DNA of 64,000 nt from Muribaculaceae bacterium. GTDB taxonomy: Bacteria > Bacteroidota > Bacteroidia > Bacteroidales > Muribaculaceae. How positions within the stretch are numbered: position 1 is the first letter of the stretch; the number at the start of each line of letters is the position of its first letter. A program made the translations under genes and the position numbers. The stretch is taken from contig JAFLTU010000004.1 of NCBI GenBank assembly GCA_022509125.1, forward strand, positions 34,159 to 98,158. Direction: 5' to 3'. Of this stretch, positions 62,384 through 64,000 are shown in pieces. The notes below the pieces were generated by a model. It did not search any database. It worked only from the letters and a program-made list of their open reading frames with translations, and was not told the DNA's origin.

Positions 62384-64000
62384 TTATTCCTCGTCGATTG
62401 TAGAGACCTTCATGGTGATGTCTTCCAATACATCGAGGAGCACTTCCACTGTTTCCAGAGAAGTGAAGACAGTTATATTATTGTCGATAGCCAAACGTCT
62501 GATATGATACCCATCTCGGCGGGAATGGTCGGCGCCTATATCCATGGTGTTGATCACATAGCTCACATGGCCCTGTCGCAAAGATTTAACGATATCGTCG
62601 CTCCCCTGGCTGAGTTTCTTGACCAGACGGGTTCGGATACCATTCTTGCGGAGAAACTCTGCAGTGCCCCGGGTCGCCTCGATGTTGAATCCGAGTCCAT
62701 AGAATCTCTTAATCAATGGTAAGGCCCGCTCCTTGTCGCTGTCGCCGATGGTGACGAACACCGTGCCATAATTGGAGACATCCATGCCGGATGCCTGCAG
62801 CGATTTATAGAGAGCACGCTTGAGGCTGCGGTCGTAACCAATGGCCTCCCCTGTCGACTTCATTTCGGGCGAAAGATAAGTATCCATTCCTCGCAGCTTA
62901 GCAAAGGAGAAGGCCGGAGTCTTGACAAACCATCTCTTTTTCTCCTGGGGATAAAGCTCTGTGATTCCCTGTTGTTTGAGCGATTCGCCAAGCATGACTC
63001 TCGTGGCGATCGGGGCAAGCTGTTTACCAGTGGCTTTGGAGATGAATGGCACTGTGCGCGATGAGCGTGGATTTACCTCGATAACGAAAACTTCATCATT
63101 ATCATCCACTATAAACTGGATATTGTAGAGACCCTTTATGCCGATTTCCTTGCCAAGCTTAACTGTGTAGTCAAGAATTGTGTCTTTCACCTTCTGGGAA
63201 ACACTAAAGGTGGGATAGACGCTTATCGAGTCGCCGGAATGCACTCCGGTGTGTTCCACATGTTCCATTATACCCGGCACAAAAACATCCTCTCCGTCGC
63301 AAACGGCATCCACTTCAAGCTCTTTGCCCATAATATATCGGTCTACAAGCACCGGATGCTCTACATTGACCTCCACAGCCTCATGGAGATATTTCTTGAG
63401 TTGCTTTTCATTGCTGACAATCTGCATTGCCCTGCCTCCGAGCACAAAACTTGGCCTTACCAGCACAGGATAGCCTATTTCAGCAGCTGCCTTTATGCCC
63501 TCCTCAATGGTGGTGACGGCCACTCCCTTAGGACGAGGAATTCCCAGTTTCTCCATAATGGCTTCGAAACATCCCCTGTCTTCGGCATTTTGGATGGCCT
63601 CGATGCCGGTGCCTATGATTGGGGCTCCATGTTCGGCAAGACGCTCAGCAAGATTGATGGCTGTCTGGCCTCCAAGTGTCACTATCACTCCGTCTGGTTT
63701 CTCGTGGTCAAGCACATTCATTACATCCTCCACTGTCAGAGGCTCGAAATATAGTTTGTCGGAGGTGGTATGGTCGGTCGACACTGTCTCCGGATTGTTG
63801 TTGACCACGATTGCCTCATAACCTGCATTTCGGATAGCCCAGATGGCATGCACCGTGGAATAATCAAATTCCACACCCTGACCGATGCGGATCGGACCGG
63901 AACCCAACACCACGATCTTTTTACGTTCAGATGGTATGGACTCGTTTTCTGTCTCGTAGGTGGAGTAGAAATAATCGGTGGTGGAATGGAACTCCGCTCC
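62384..64000 (-). CDS. carB: Carbamoyl-phosphate synthase large subunit, 3' half (starts beyond window)
   Basis: Frame open to the window edge (GAEFHSTTDYFYSTYE..KKIVVLGSGPIRIGQGVEFDY), NPETVSTD, RPSFVLGG, HSGDS, EVNPRSSRT, MGS domain. Confidence 0.95.
   Translation of the reverse strand, partial: GAEFHSTTDYFYSTYETENESIPSERKKIVVLGSGPIRIGQGVEFDYSTVHAIWAIRNAGYEAIVVNNNPETVSTDHTTSDKLYFEPLTVEDVMNVLDHEKPDGVIVTLGGQTAINLAERLAEHGAPIIGTGIEAIQNAEDRGCFEAIMEKLGIPRPKGVAVTTIEEGIKAAAEIGYPVLVRPSFVLGGRAMQIVSNEKQLKKYLHEAVEVNVEHPVLVDRYIMGKELEVDAVCDGEDVFVPGIMEHVEHTGVHSGDSISVYPTFSVSQKVKDTILDYTVKLGKEIGIKGLYNIQFIVDDNDEVFVIEVNPRSSRTVPFISKATGKQLAPIATRVMLGESLKQQGITELYPQEKKRWFVKTPAFSFAKLRGMDTYLSPEMKSTGEAIGYDRSLKRALYKSLQASGMDVSNYGTVFVTIGDSDKERALPLIKRFYGLGFNIEATRGTAEFLRKNGIRTRLVKKLSQGSDDIVKSLRQGHVSYVINTMDIGADHSRRDGYHIRRLAIDNNITVFTSLETVEVLLDVLEDITMKVSTIDEE

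Overview
Chromosomal segment of an anaerobic Bacteroidales bacterium. It carries TAnnTTTG promoters, PorX and type IX secretion (T9SS)-type C-terminal domains; Muribaculaceae/Prevotella-like is my inference. Most of it is housekeeping: aroB, tatA, ctpA-like and tricorn S41 proteases, ilvA, rubrerythrin, an LptF/G permease, porX, a GH133-GT4-GH57 glycogen cluster, RNase P RNA, lpxB, pyrG, purF and carB-pyrK-pyrD. Surface or secreted proteins include a BspA/Big_2 adhesin, a C10 peptidase and a type V pilin-like lipoprotein. The standout is three exported clan-CD cysteine proteases, all with intact His/Cys dyads, in two loci. Locus 1 (50930-59303) encodes an exported TPR-CHAT protease, an ECF-like sigma factor, a single-pass anti-sigma-like protein, an exported metacaspase, a lipoprotein and a divergent RecD2. 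Locus 2 (22336-25513) encodes a CHASE2 receptor with no output domain, overlapping an exported caspase fusion, beside another ECF sigma/membrane-partner pair. Together they suggest a CRISPR-independent, extracytoplasmic CHAT/caspase proteolytic signalling cascade controlling a sigma factor. No CRISPR array, tRNA, rRNA or transposase/integrase was seen. All calls come from motif recognition by eye; no database searches were run.
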